From positions 96,001 to 160,000 of the forward strand of contig CAVVMW010000010.1 of NCBI GenBank assembly GCA_963749495.1: DNA of 64,000 nucleotides, read 5' to 3'. Under the pieces are notes generated by a model that made no database searches, had not been told where the DNA came from, and worked only from the letters and a program-made list of their open reading frames with translations. How positions within the stretch are numbered: position 1 is the first letter of the stretch; each line of letters begins with the position of its first letter. Both the position numbers and the translations under genes were made by a program. Shown in pieces: positions 22,409 to 34,234 of this stretch. The stretch comes from an uncultured bacterium (GTDB lineage: Bacteria > Verrucomicrobiota > Verrucomicrobiia > Limisphaerales > UBA8199).

Positions 22409-23296
22409 TTACGGCCAGGTTACGCGATAGAACCGGCTGCCATAGTTGGTCCACTGCGGGTCGGTGAAATAGAGCGTGCTGCCGTTGAGGGTATTGGTTT
22501 GCACAGGATACCAGTTGGGATTGGCTAGATTGGTGCTCGCCTCTATCACGACGAGGAGATTGCTGCTGCCGGTGATGTTGAATCCGAATTGATTGGTCCG
22601 CACTCCATCGAGGACCGTGCCACTGCTCCGTCTGCCGCCATCACCCGTCACGCCATAGAGGGCGGTGCCCAATGGATCCGATCTGACTTGTGGACCGCCT
22701 ACGCCGGTGCTGGTATAGAGACCCGATGAATTGGTGCTGCTGCCCACAGGACCGTCGAGAATCGCTAACAGCGGGCCATCGGTTTTGAAGCCAGATGAAG
22801 GGCCATGCTTCTTCTTCAAGCTGATTTCAAAGCCCGGTCCATTAATCCAGTTGAAACTTAACCCAGCCTCAGAAGGGTCAGTCGTCTTGTCGTCATTATA
22901 GTCTGGTCCGAGAAAGGCTTTCATTTCCTCCCTTCTCAGCTTTGCTTCTTGGCTATCGCACAGCCGACCGCAGCTCATAGACTGCCCAGCACCCTCCATC
23001 TTGAAAAGTTCCAGGTAAAAGTGCTCTGGATTCTCCTCCCGCACGGTTCCACTCACGATAAAGTGGTCTGGCCCGGAATTGGTGAAGAGGCGGAAGGGCA
23101 CGTCAGGTTTGACCACACCGCTAACCCGCCACCCTTCATTACTGGCGGCAAAGGGGCCCCACCATTTAGCCGTCAGTTCATAAAGTGCAGACGGGGCGGA
23201 TGGTGGGGAGGCGTGGACATTACTGCACAAGGTGAACAGGAGTGCCGTTCGGAGAATAAACGCAGGCGAGACGAATCGGGATGCTGTCGTTTTCAT
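22409..23296 (-). CDS. Secreted hypothetical protein with Verrucomicrobial-type C-terminal domain
   Basis: Signal peptide; ends NQFGFNITG..VVIEASTNLANPNWYP.QTN..YFTDPQWTNY.SRFYRV. Confidence 0.7.
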   Translation of the reverse strand: MKTTASRFVSPAFILRTALLFTLCSNVHASPPSAPSALYELTAKWWGPFAASNEGWRVSGVVKPDVPFRLFTNSGPDHFIVSGTVREENPEHFYLELFKMEGAGQSMSCGRLCDSQEAKLRREEMKAFLGPDYNDDKTTDPSEAGLSFNWINGPGFEISLKKKHGPSSGFKTDGPLLAILDGPVGSSTNSSGLYTSTGVGGPQVRSDPLGTALYGVTGDGGRRSSGTVLDGVRTNQFGFNITGSSNLLVVIEASTNLANPNWYPVQTNTLNGSTLYFTDPQWTNYGSRFYRVTWP

Positions 23297-23452
23297 ACGA
23301 TCTTAAATTACCCGTTTATACACCGGCCGCAAGCGGTGGTTTGGAACGAAGCGAACGAATATGTTGGCTCTTGTCGCGTTATTGGTGGCCCTCTCAAGCC
23401 TGGCTTGGGCAGATCGCAAGCTCCTCGTGCAGACCGTCCTCAAGTCTGATAG

Positions 23453-23599
23453 ACTGGTCGAGTGGAGCGGAGGCGCGACCGGTTTGGACCAATGGCTTCC
23501 CGTGTTTCGGCTCTTTCGAGCATCGTGGCAAAGGGCAATCTGGTCCTGCCCACGTTTCCTCCACCCCCTCTTTTCATCCCGTACGGCGAGTTTTCCCCA
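23453..23599 (-). mobile_element. Group II intron 3'-end remnant (partial domain V, domain VI), copy 1
   Basis: Minus strand ..ggggaaaactcgccgtacgggatg..gggggtggagg...cctccgctccActcgac; homologous to 50201-50362. Confidence 0.6.
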
Positions 23600-23637
23600 G
23601 GCCTGATGCGCCGGTCTGACGAACTCCGTCCAGCTTA

Positions 23638-23797
23638 GGCGGTGGAAATAAATAAAGGTGGCAAGATGCCGCCGGGATTTTGGCGCCCAGCGAGGCGTGA
23701 ACGAGGCGCATATCCGCAGCGATCTGCAACGAGTGAACAACGAAGCTGGGCGGCAAAAGAACAAGGCAGGTTGCTACCTTTATTTATTTCCACCGCC
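23638..23797. mobile_element. MITE with ~27-bp terminal inverted repeats, copy 1
   Basis: ggcggtggaaataaataaaggtggcaa...ttgctacctttatttatttccaccgcc; flanks TTA and TTG. Confidence 0.85.
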
Positions 23798-23998
23798 TTG
23801 GGCCTGTTCGGCTTGCTCTGGGCGGTCTTTGCCCTCGCGGGCCGTTCGCCTCACCTTCCCTTCTTTGCTTTGGCATACTTTCCTTATGGTGCCACTGACG
23901 CAGCTTGGAACGCTGCCGGCAAATTTGCGGCAATACCACTTGTAGGGGGGCGAACAGCGGAGAGCCGCGTGAGCGGGGTCGGCACGCTGCCAGTGCGA

Positions 23999-24090
23999 AG
24001 CGCCGGCTTTAGCCGGCTTTGGACGTTCCGATGTTCGGTGGCGCCACGCCAGGGGTTCGGGTGCGCCCGAAGCCGGTTGAAGCCGGCGCT
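23999..24090. repeat. REP-like inverted pair
   Basis: agcgccggctttagccggctt ... aagccggttgaagccggcgct. Confidence 0.65.
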
Positions 24091-24183
24091 CCGGGTCGCA
24101 GGGGCTCGATGCGCTTGCGAGGATTTCAGCGTTTTTTTCTGTTGACATTTTTTGCGAACTGTCATATTGTCATAAGACAGTAA

Positions 24184-25098
24184 ATGACGACTATGCTTTC
24201 GTGGATCAATGGCAGGTTCGGCAAGCCCGTTTGCCCCCAAGTGGCGGACGGCGTCGAGGCGGCGGCGGGGGGCGGCCTGCTGGCGGGGGAACGTCCACCC
24301 TCCGTTCGACCCCCGGCCGGAGAATTGCGCCTGAACCGGAGGGCATTCACCCTCACCGAATTGCTCGTGGTCATAGCGGTCATCACGATTCTGGCCGCCG
24401 TGCTCCTGCCCGCGCTTTCGCAAGCCAGGGCGCAAGGCCAAGCCACCGCTTGCAGGAACCACCTGCACCAAATCGGGCTTGCTATGGCGATGTTCGTCGC
24501 GGACCACAATCGCTATCCGCCACAGTATGAGCCTGGACCCTCGTTTGTGGACAATTGGGCCGACAAACTGTACCCCTATGCCCCGCTGAGTTGGACAAAC
24601 ACATCGTGGCATTGCCCCACGTACATTGCGAGGGGAGGATTCGTCCAATCCAAAAGAATGGGTTACGGAAGCAAATTGACCGTTGGGACTAGCTACGCCT
24701 ACAACGCTCGTGGCATCGGGGCCCGTACGTTAAATCCCAACCTCGGACTGGAAAACGGTTACACGCACACGGGCATTCGCGAAGAGCAAGTGCAAGCGCC
24801 GAGCCAAATGTACACGGTTGCTGACGCTCGGGCCTACCACGGGAAGGGGGCAAGACCGGTTCAAGGCCTGCCCTTGATGAACCCGTGGAATTGGAATCTC
24901 CCGCCAGGCGGTATCTGGCCGGAAGCGGCCCCCCCGCACGCGCAAGGCTACGACATTTTGTTTGCTGACGGCCATGTGTCGCTGGTGAAGCGAAAGGACT
25001 ACCTGTATCCGCCACGAACCGCGCACAACTGGAACCGCGATAACCAGCCGCGCCCGGAGGTATGGCTGCCGACGAATCAGTGGCCGGTGCAGAACTAG
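24184..25098 (+). CDS. Prepilin-type N-terminal cleavage/methylation + H-X9-DG (DUF1559-like) protein
   Basis: [51 protein letters not shown]; start uncertain. Confidence 0.9.
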   Translation: MTTMLSWINGRFGKPVCPQVADGVEAAAGGGLLAGERPPSVRPPAGELRLNRRAFTLTELLVVIAVITILAAVLLPALSQARAQGQATACRNHLHQIGLAMAMFVADHNRYPPQYEPGPSFVDNWADKLYPYAPLSWTNTSWHCPTYIARGGFVQSKRMGYGSKLTVGTSYAYNARGIGARTLNPNLGLENGYTHTGIREEQVQAPSQMYTVADARAYHGKGARPVQGLPLMNPWNWNLPPGGIWPEAAPPHAQGYDILFADGHVSLVKRKDYLYPPRTAHNWNRDNQPRPEVWLPTNQWPVQN

Positions 25099-25676
25099 CC
25101 GCCAGCGGCGGCGGATGGCGCCTGGCGCCAGGCCAGTTCCGCCTCGAGTGCAACGGTGTCGATTTCAGCCAGGAAATCGGTGTCATCCTCGGCCTGCCAG
25201 TACGCCGTGCTGAGGGCCAGCGCGAGGTATCCCTCCCCGATGTCGGCCTCAATGGCCATCTGCTTCGCATCGGGCGCAGCGGCTTCGAGGCTGTGGGAGC
25301 GCACCCGCAGACTCGCTTGGTCCCATGCACCTCGTCATGGCTCAACGGCACGACCTCAACCTCGTCCTTCACGCCGAGGGTTATCAACGCGCGTATCTTC
25401 CTCATTCCGAGCGCCGGGCTCGAAGGCCAGGAATTGACAGGGGGGAAGCAGAAAGATGACAAGCCAACCAGGAGGCGGGTCATTTCAAGTGTTTTTCGAG
25501 GCTGGACAGGAGAGCATCGCCGTGCAAGGGGCCGGCAATCGGCTCGCCTTGCGGCCAGGGATGGTCTATCTCGGGGGTACCGATCCCGAGGCGGCGCCGC
25601 TGGGGCCGGTAATGGAGTTGGGGGTTGCCGGCCAAAAAGCCCTCACGCCGGACACCGCAGCGCAGTCCGTCGCTTA

Positions 25677-25834
25677 GGCGGTGGAAATAAATAAAGGTGG
25701 CAAGATGCCGCCGGAATTTTGGCGCCCAGCGAGGCGTGAACGAGGCGCATATCCAGTGATCTGCAACGAGTGAACAACGACGCTGGGCGGCAAAAGAACA
25801 AGGCAGGTTGCTACCTTTATTTATTTCCACCGCC
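25677..25834. mobile_element. MITE, copy 2, with TTA target-site duplication
   Basis: Near-identical to 23638-23797, same orientation; tta on both flanks. Confidence 0.87.
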
Positions 25835-26022
25835 TTATTGGCAAAACACCACCGACCAACTCTTGACGGACTCGGACGCCTCCGGTTCGACTGCCACTCA
25901 GAGTGCTTACGCCCAGATGATGGTGCGACAGGCCAACCTCCTTATGAGCCAGGATTCTGCGGCGGAGGGACAGTTTTTTGTGCGGTTTTAGCCTCCCGCG
26001 CACCTATCCATTATGGACGCAG

Positions 26023-27678
26023 ATGAGTAACGACACGGAATTACTGCGGCAGTATATCGAGGAGCGCTCCGAGAGCGCCTTTACCGAACTGGTGCATGAG
26101 CACCTGAACCTGGTCTATTCGGCGGCCGTGAGGGAGGCGAACGGCGACGGGGCGCTGGCGCAGGACCTTTCACAAGGGGTATTCACCGAACTGGCGCGCG
26201 AAGCTCCCAGGCTCCTGAGTCATCCCTCCTTGGCCGGGTGGCTTTACACCACGGTCCGCCATCGGGCTGCGAATTTGCGGCGCGCCGAGCGGCACCGCCG
26301 GCGTCGGGAAGAAGAGGCCCAAAGTATGAATGAGTTGCTTTCGGACGACTCCCCCAGCGAGGCCTGGCAGCGGGTTCGGCCGGTGCTCGATGACGCGCTG
26401 CACGAATTGAAAGAGGCGGACCGCGCTGTCGTGGTGCTCCGCTTCCTGGAAGACCGGACCTTGCGCGAAGTCGGTGAACGGATGGGGCTCACGGAGGATG
26501 CGGCCCGGATGCGAGTGGGCCGGGCGCTGGACAAGCTCCGTGGGCTGCTCGCGCGGCGCGGCATCACCTCGACCGCGTCCGGTCTGACCGCCGCCTTGGC
26601 GATCGGAGTCGTCACCCCGGCCCCGGCCGCCTTGGAGGCGACCATCGCGAGCACCGCGCTGGCGAGCGGAGCGGCTGCCGGCTCAACCACCCTGACCCTG
26701 ATGAAACTTATGAGCATAACCAAAGTTCAAGTCAGTCTGATCGGCGCCCTGCTTGTGGCGGGTGTCGCCGTGCCTGTCTGGCAACAAACGCGCCTGCAAC
26801 GCGCGCGGGCCGAGAACGCGCGATGGCGCGCCCAGGAAACCGAACTCGCCGCCTCGCGCGGCGAACCAGAACGCCTGCGTGCAGCCGAGGCCGACCAAGC
26901 CGAATTGGAGCGGTTGCGCCAATGGAAGGCGCAAACTCAGCCCGAATTGCTCCGCTTGCGCGGGATGGCTGGGGTAGCCCGGCGGGCGAATGTCGAGGCG
27001 GAGGAATTGAGGGCGCAACTTGCGCGGCAGAAAAGCATCGCCGGCGCCACGCAACTCTCGGGGCCGATGGGTGACCTGATGAAGCAGGGCATGAAGCAGG
27101 CCATGGAGCAACAGGTCGAGGGCCAGTTGTCCCGCATGACGGCCAGCCTGCACCTGACTCCGGAACAAGCCCAAGCCGCTCGCGACATCCTGATGAAGCA
27201 GTCGCAGGTGATGTCGGCGGGGATGCAGCAGGCCTTTTCGGGAACATTTAACAAGGAAGAGATCGACGGCTTGGCCAAGGACGCGGGCGATCCGGACGAG
27301 CAAATCAAGGCGCTGCTGACTCCGGACCAGCGAGCGGCCTATCCAAGCTACAAACAGGAAGAGGCCGAGCACAACGCGCGCCTGATGGCCAACACTGAAC
27401 TGCTCCGGATGCAGTCCACCCTCGGCTTGACAGCCGAGCAAGAGGATCGGGCTTTTGCCGCCCTGTATGAGGCTGACCTCAACCAACTGACCGCCAGCGC
27501 AACACACAACGCTGCAAACCAGGCCGACATAATCCAGTCGAGTTTTGACCAGAAAGCCAAGGCGCTGGAGTCGGTGCTGACGCCAACCCAGTTGGAAAAC
27601 TACCGCAAACAGCAAGCGCTTGCGGCCAAAGCTGCCAACGACATTCTAAGCAAGATGGGAAGCAGCGGCTCGAAATAA
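26023..27678 (+). CDS. ECF sigma-70 factor fused to TM and helical C-terminal domain
   Basis: DTELLRQY..SAFTELV..LVYSAA..AQDLSQGVF..LAGWLY; sigma4 VVLRFLE..EVGERMG.TEDAARMRVGRAL. Confidence 0.92.
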   Translation: MSNDTELLRQYIEERSESAFTELVHEHLNLVYSAAVREANGDGALAQDLSQGVFTELAREAPRLLSHPSLAGWLYTTVRHRAANLRRAERHRRRREEEAQSMNELLSDDSPSEAWQRVRPVLDDALHELKEADRAVVVLRFLEDRTLREVGERMGLTEDAARMRVGRALDKLRGLLARRGITSTASGLTAALAIGVVTPAPAALEATIASTALASGAAAGSTTLTLMKLMSITKVQVSLIGALLVAGVAVPVWQQTRLQRARAENARWRAQETELAASRGEPERLRAAEADQAELERLRQWKAQTQPELLRLRGMAGVARRANVEAEELRAQLARQKSIAGATQLSGPMGDLMKQGMKQAMEQQVEGQLSRMTASLHLTPEQAQAARDILMKQSQVMSAGMQQAFSGTFNKEEIDGLAKDAGDPDEQIKALLTPDQRAAYPSYKQEEAEHNARLMANTELLRMQSTLGLTAEQEDRAFAALYEADLNQLTASATHNAANQADIIQSSFDQKAKALESVLTPTQLENYRKQQALAAKAANDILSKMGSSGSK

Positions 27679-27743
27679 CGGGAAAGAAACAACAAACGTA
27701 ACAAAACAATGACTCCAGTGAAAGGAACCCGGTGAAAGGAACT

Positions 27744-28668
27744 ATGAAGAACGATAACGTGGTCGAAGGTTATATGTGCGGCGGGCGTGGGCGCAGCAGC
27801 ATTGCTGGCCGGCGGCCCGGCAAGGATGGCGATGTCTCAAACCGGCGGCGGCGACAACGCAACGGCGCAGGAAATTGCCGGAAAATCACGCGAGGCTTAC
27901 GCGGCGCTTTCCAGTTACAGCGACCGCGGGACAGTGGTTTCGGAAATGGCGGGCCAAAAGAACACGCTCACTTTCAATACACGATTGCAACGACCCAACC
28001 TGTATCGGATTGATTGGACGCCGGGGACGGGACTCAAGGGAGTTGTTTGGTCCGATGGCAGCGGAGATTATTTGCTGACCACAGCCGCCGGACAGGAGGA
28101 AAACGCCAAATCTCAAAAAATGCCAAGCATGACGGACGGCTTGACTCAGGCAGCGGGGCTTTCATGGTCTGCCGCATCAACGACACCCGGAGTTTTTTTT
28201 AATCACGACTTCGGCGATGCTTTTTTTGCCCCCGCCCTGTCGGGCCGCTATCCGCTCAAAAAGGAGAACAACGCGAAGGTGGGTGACGTTGATTGTTATG
28301 TTGTTTCGAGCGTGATGGACTTGTCCAAATCGCCTGCCAAAGGCAAACCAGGAACCGCGTCCACGATGCTTTGGATCGGCAAAAGCGATTTTCTCATCCA
28401 CCAATGCCGCGCAAGGTATGTGGAAAAGGTCGAGTCCGGCGCACCGAGTGATTCTGCGATTGATGAAGCGATAATAAAGTCTCTGGAAATGCAGAACAAA
28501 CCGGCCACGCCCGAGGCTATCGCCGCCATGAGACCGCAGATGAAGGCAGTCATGAAACAGGTGCAAAGCACGCTCAAATCAGGCTTCGAATCCGGCATTG
28601 TGTTCACCCAGACACGCGAAAACATCGTCGTGAATGAAAAGTACACGCCGGCTGATTTCAGCCGCTAA
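27744..28668 (+). CDS. Secreted LolA/DUF2092-like protein (probable frameshift just after ATG 27744; ORF track starts at 27787)
   Basis: AYAALSSYSD.G..RLQRPNLYRIDW..VVWSDG; RBS aaagga before 27744; signal peptide restored by a 1-nt shift. Confidence 0.65.
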
Positions 28669-28730
28669 AGTTCCAGCCAAATTCCCGGGCTTGACTCGCC
28701 CGCCGAGCCGGGCTTGACTGCGGCAGCGCC

Positions 28731-30569
28731 ATGGCATGCCTGCCGCTAATCGAACGGGAGTTGCGCGTGGCCTTGCGCAAGCAGCGCCCGGCACAGAGCC
28801 GGCTCATCGTCGCTGCGCTCGCGGCCGGTTGGGCGATGGTTTTTCTGCTTCTCGGCGCGTACACTCACGACCCTCGCCTGGGCCGATTGCTGGAACAATT
28901 CCTCTGTATGGCGGGCCTCTGTTTCGTGCTGCGGGCGCCCAGGTTGACCGCGGGTGTGCTGGCCGAGGAACGCCGAAACCAGACGCTCGGGTTGCTGTTT
29001 TTGAGCGGGTTGGGGGCGGGGGAGGTGTTGGCGGGCAAATTCCTGAGTTCCGCCCTGGTCGCGTTTGCGGACCTGCTGGCCATCTTCCCGGTGCTGGCGT
29101 TGCCGTTCCTAGCCGGGGGGATTTCGTTTGACCTGTATCTCGCCACCGTCTGCGCGTTGCCGGTCCTGATGTTCTTTGCGCTGGCCGTGTCGCTGTTGGC
29201 ATCGGTGCTGACGCGAGAGGATGGCACCGCCCTGGTTCTGGCCATGGTGCTGGGAGCGGTGGTTTGCGTGCTGACACCGGCCATTTCCCTGGCACAATCT
29301 CATTTCTTCCCCGGCGCCAGGCCCTCCGTGTGGTGGTTGTGCGTCAGTCCGGCCCACGGCCCGCACCTGGTATGGAGCGGCCTTGGCTTCGGATTCGGCG
29401 CGGGCCAACGGGCCGAGTTTTGGCGGAACCTGGTTCTGACGCTGGGCTGGTCGGCGTTGGCCCTGGGCGCCGCCGCGTTCGCCTTGAAGCGGCTCTGGCG
29501 GCAACCGGAACCGGCAGAGGGGACCGGCGGCTGGCGCGGGCGATGGCGCGCGTTTGTGCATGGCGGGCGCGAAAGTCGCCGGCGCCTGGCGCGCTTGTGG
29601 CTGGAGCAGAACCCGTTCGTCTGGCTGGCCAGCCGGGACCGGCAGCCGGCGACGCTGGGCTGGCTGGTGGTGGGAGGGATCGTCGTGGCCTGGTTGCTGT
29701 GCTGGGCGGTTTGGCCGGCGCGGTGGCCCGGCGCACAGAACTTTTTCATCACCGCCACGCTGCTAAACCTGGCCTTGGCCTGGCTCACCGGCCACACCGC
29801 CGCCCGGGAGATCGCCCAGGCCCGGCTGGACGGCGCTTACGAGTTGCTGCTGACCACGCCCTTGAACCCGGACGAGATCGTGCGGGGTACGCTGGAAACG
29901 CTGCGGTGGCATTTCCGGGCGCTGGCCAACTTTGTCTTGTGCCTGGACGTGCTCATGCTGCTGGTCGGGTTGATGGCGAGGCGGTGGACCACAGGCGCGC
30001 TGGCCGTTTACTCCGTCATTTGGCTGTGTCTGCTGGCCTGGACCTGGAGCCTCGGCCACCGCTGGCCGCGCGTGTTGCGGGTGATGTGGGCCAGCCTGAA
30101 CTGTGGCCGCCCGGCGCATGCGGTCTATGCGGTCTGGCGCGCCTCCGGCCTCAATTGGTGGGCCTGGATTTGGGTCCTGTTCAATCTCCGGAATCTGAGC
30201 CTGGGGTCTCAACAGTTCCCGACCGGCTCGTTCCGCCAAGTGGCGTGGGTCTCGTTTTTTGCGTTGCTCTGGCTGGCTTGGCTCACGTGGGGATCCTGCA
30301 AGCGCCTCAGGGGGGTCGACGAACTGAAGTTGCACCCCCTGGCGATCTTTTGGATTGAGGGCGCCTCCGGGATCTGCGAAACCCGGCTCGTCGGCCAGTT
30401 CCGCGACATCGTGCGCGAGCCGTTGCCCGACCCGAGCGACCCGCGTTTCAAGAAATGGAACCTGCGTGAGCGTTTTCCCTGGGGGCCGGGGACAGGCCCG
30501 CCAGCCGCTGCAACCGCAATTACAGTTCGCCATCAGGGACCAAACCGTTGTACGGAGAGAATAAAATAA
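28731..30569 (+). CDS. ABC-2-type transporter permease-like membrane protein
   Basis: LPLIERELRVA.RK, EERRNQTLGLLFLS.L..EVLAGK, second repeat DGAYELLLTTPL; many TMs. Confidence 0.8.
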   Translation: MACLPLIERELRVALRKQRPAQSRLIVAALAAGWAMVFLLLGAYTHDPRLGRLLEQFLCMAGLCFVLRAPRLTAGVLAEERRNQTLGLLFLSGLGAGEVLAGKFLSSALVAFADLLAIFPVLALPFLAGGISFDLYLATVCALPVLMFFALAVSLLASVLTREDGTALVLAMVLGAVVCVLTPAISLAQSHFFPGARPSVWWLCVSPAHGPHLVWSGLGFGFGAGQRAEFWRNLVLTLGWSALALGAAAFALKRLWRQPEPAEGTGGWRGRWRAFVHGGRESRRRLARLWLEQNPFVWLASRDRQPATLGWLVVGGIVVAWLLCWAVWPARWPGAQNFFITATLLNLALAWLTGHTAAREIAQARLDGAYELLLTTPLNPDEIVRGTLETLRWHFRALANFVLCLDVLMLLVGLMARRWTTGALAVYSVIWLCLLAWTWSLGHRWPRVLRVMWASLNCGRPAHAVYAVWRASGLNWWAWIWVLFNLRNLSLGSQQFPTGSFRQVAWVSFFALLWLAWLTWGSCKRLRGVDELKLHPLAIFWIEGASGICETRLVGQFRDIVREPLPDPSDPRFKKWNLRERFPWGPGTGPPAAATAITVRHQGPNRCTERIK

Positions 30570-30876
30570 TTGATGTCGTCACAGAGCGCGGCAAACTATC
30601 AATTCGGTGTTTCGGCGCGGAGAAGTTCGCAAGTGCAATACGTGAACAAAAGAAAGCGCTACAGCCAGATGGCTAAGAGTGGTCACCCATAGGTCGGTAT
30701 GTTTCTTGCCAATCGGCGAACCACCCTATGGCTGCCCCCTCTGGGCGCTGGGACAGCGTACCTGGCATCAGAGTTCCGCCACCCTAGTGGATCAACGAAA
30801 TGAAAGCCAAATTAGATCCCGCGGACTCCTGGACGGGGGTTTCAGCCGCGGCCGCGGCTCCGGAACGCAGCCGTTC

Positions 30877-31290
30877 CTATTCCTGGACAGCCCATCGGTT
30901 CGTTGGGGCCCAGGCCTCCGGGTGGGGCTGATTGTCCCGGTTCCAATTATGCGCGGTTCGGGGAGGAAAGAGGTAATCGGTGCGCTTCACCAAGAGCACA
31001 TGCCCGTCAACGAAGAGGACGTTGTAGCCTTGTCCATGGGGAGGGGCCCGTTCCACGGCATTTGCGAGGCTCCAGGGTGTCATCTTCCAGCCGCCCAGCA
31101 TCGCGTTGGCTTTTGGTGTAAGCCCGCGCATCGGCAACGGCGTACATCTCGCTTGGCGCCAGCATGGCCTCTTCCGGCGCGGAGAACCGAGGCAGCCAAC
31201 CCACCCCGAGGTTCAGCCCCCGCAGGATTCGGGACAACCCTGCCAACCAAGGCCCAGAATGCCCCGCGTATTATAGGCGTAACTGATAGA
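30877..31290 (-). pseudogene. C-terminal remnant of a prepilin/H-X9-DG protein
   Basis: SYAYN..MLAPSEMYAVADAR (frameshift) ..[31 protein letters not shown]-terminal pilin helix missing. Confidence 0.8.
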
Positions 31291-31595
31291 TTGGGAATTA
31301 AACCGAGGAGGTGTCGGGAGATCTAGGATTCCCCAGTTTGAAATGGCGGCGATACGCATTTTCCCGGTTGTTTACGGCAATTGGACCGGGCTGAGGCGGA
31401 AGCGTCACGAGAGAGCCACCCCCGAAGTTCGGAATAAACAGAACTCCGGTTTGGCTGGTTCTGCGGCAATATTGAAGATGAATGAATGAATCGCTGCCCA
31501 GGGCAATGTCGCGCACCAGCCCTGCCTGGCCCGATTCTTTGTCACCGCTTCGGGCTTTCTGGCCTCTTAAGCGGTGGTATGATGATGACTGAGAT

Positions 31596-33754
31596 ATGAG
31601 AGCGAGCGATGCCGATTTGGTGCAGCAGGGCCTGGAGGATCGGGAGGCCTTTGGCCGAATCGTCGAGCGGTATCAGTCGCTGATATGCAGCCTTGCTTAC
31701 AGCGCAACCGGCAGCCTGAGCCGCAGCGAAGACCTGGCGCAGGATACCTTTCTGATCGCCTGGAAACAGCTTCGCCAGTTGCGTGACCCAGACAAGCTGA
31801 AGTCCTGGCTGTGCAGCATTGCGCGGTCGGTTATCAGCAGCACGTCTCGGCGCGAGGGCAGACAACCAGCCTGCGTGGCGGAGCAACTGGACAGGGTCCC
31901 GGAACTGCCCTCGCCGGGACCGCTGCCGACCGAGCAAGCCATCAGCCGGGAAGAGGAAGCCATCCTCTGGCGCGCACTCGCTCTCATCCCCGAGGTGTAT
32001 CGGGAACCGCTGGTGTTGTTTTACCGGGACGGACAGTCGGTTGCTGGCGTGGCAGAAGCGCTGGAGTTGAGCGAAGACGTGGTCAAGCAGCGCTTGGCCC
32101 GCGGGCGAAAGCTATTGGCACGGCAAGTTGCCGCGTTCGTCGAAGGGGCACTGCAACGTTCCGGACCGGGTGCAGCGTTCACCCTGGGCGTGCTCGGCGC
32201 ATTGCCGGTGTTCGGGGATTGCGGCGACCGCCACCGCAGCGGGCGCCGCCGTGGCGAAGGGCGGTGCAACCGCCAAGACCCCGATCGTAACGGGCGCTTT
32301 GGCCTCGATTCTGGTGGCCGGGATCCTCTACCCGCTTTCAGTTCTCGCGTCAGCGGGCGTTCCGGGCCTTGGCCTCGGCTACCTGATGCGCGGCGCGCTT
32401 CGGCAGTCTGCCCGGCAGCGCGAGCATGTTGTTCGGTTCTGGCGCACGCTGGCGGTGGGTTTCCCGGTCTTTGTGGTTCCAACCCTGGCGCTGGATTACC
32501 TGGTCCCCGCCGCTGCGTTGCGGCGAGGGTTTTGCCTTGGGATGACATGGTGGTTGTGCCTGATCTATCCCGTCGTTTTGGGTGCCCTCGCGATCTGGGC
32601 CTGGGAGTGGTGGGATGGACTGGCGCGCCCCGAAGCGGAAGGCCTGGAGAGCCTCAAGACAGCCAGCAGGCCGCTCGTGCGTTGGCTTGGTCTGGGGATG
32701 ATCGTGCCGGCGTGCGTGCTGCTGCTGTGCCTCATCGATGTCTTTTCCAGGCCCCCCTTTTCTCACTGGCGCTACATCCCGGCCGCGGAGGCGCGAAAGA
32801 TCATTGCCGAAAGGAGGGACGCCAAGTTCAGTGTTGAGCAATACGAGACCGGAGGGAGAATGCTGCTCATCCAGCTTATTGAAAGAGGCAAACTCTCCGG
32901 ACTTCACGCGTCCGCGAACGAGCCCACGCTCGCGCTGCTCGCTGAAAAGGGCATTGCCTGCCCCACTCACGTCCATGGCCGGCACTTCCTCGGGCTCCCG
33001 ATGCCGCAGCAGTGGTTGTCGCTGTTGTCCATGTTCCTAGTGGCAGCCGGCGTGGTGATTTTGGTGGGCCGGCCTCGCCAGCGGGCGAGCGTGCCGTTCA
33101 CGCCCCCAGTCGCCACAGTCGGCCGGGCAAGGACATCCAGGCCATATGAGTTCCTGGTAACCATACGCACCCAACCCGGCCATGGGAGGTGCTTCCGCTG
33201 GGTATTCATGACGGTTTTCCTTGCGATCCTGGGCTTGACCACCGCGGACGCGTTCCTCGGCGTGCCCAAATACATAGGGACGGCCCGGCTAAGGATCAGT
33301 CCGGCCGATAGGCCTTCGATTATGGAGGAACTGGCCGCAATCCGATCCGAGCGGGTTATGGGAACAGTCGTCCAGAAGATGGATCTGGATCACAAATGGG
33401 GCACGATCTATGGAAATGGCGAGCCTGCTTAGCCGGTCGCAGAGCATGGGTGTGCTCCAAGGCCGCACGGCGGTCAATGGTGCGGGGCAGGACACAATCG
33501 AGATCCACGTCTATGACGCGGACGCCGGCGAAGCCGCCACACTTGCCAATGCCATTGCCGAGGCAGCTCTCGACCACCGCGACGCGGACCAGCCCATGGT
33601 GCGAATCGTGGCGAAGGCAATGCCGCGCTTGAAACCCGCCTGGCCAAACAAACCGGCGGAGCTGCTCTACGGAGCTACGATTGGCGCGCTGCTCGGGTCC
33701 ATTGCCGGGATCTGCGCCGTGGGCTTGCGGAGGTGGCGTCGGAGCCGCAGCTAA
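31596..33754 (+). CDS. ECF sigma factor fused to multi-TM domain and Wzz-like C-terminus (frameshifts near 32215 and 33422)
   Basis: DADLV..DREAFGRIVERYQ..SEDLAQDTF..LKSWLCSIAR; YREPLVLFY..VKQRLARGRK; continues in ORFs 32128..33432 and 33410..33754. Confidence 0.8.
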
Positions 33755-34234
33755 TCTGATCTTGGAGGCAAGCACCTGGCAGTCACGAATTGGCATGACG
33801 AGCGCAGCATTCTTTGGTTTCTGCGCATTTGGTTGGGGATACGCGCTCCGCTTCAAATGTCCGGGCGCAGACTCAAGCCCGGCACCATGAATCGGCGGGC
33901 AAGGCCTAACGAAACGGCTTCACCGGGGGCCGGAAGCCCGCGACCAGGCTACTTCCCGGCAGAGTCGCCATTCTGAGCCGGCCTCCTCCATCTGCGCGCA
34001 AGTTCGGCGACGGCGAAACCGCAGATCAGAATCCCTGCTACGGCCGTCGAAGCAGGGGCCAGCCAGTAGTCCAGGCTAATCGATCCTTCCCCACAGCGAC
34101 TCCCACAACTCGCTGTGACTGCGCGTTGCCAGATGGCATCCCCTGCGCGGAATTGGTAGTATTGCAGCCATGAGCTTTGTTGTGGTCGATGTCGAAGCGG
34201 ATGGTCCGATTCCAGGGGAGTTGGGACTTCATTT

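Noticed and set aside
25095..25676. Short minus-strand ORFs next to MITE copy 2
   Set aside because: May be gene fragments, but no recognisable motif supports a call.
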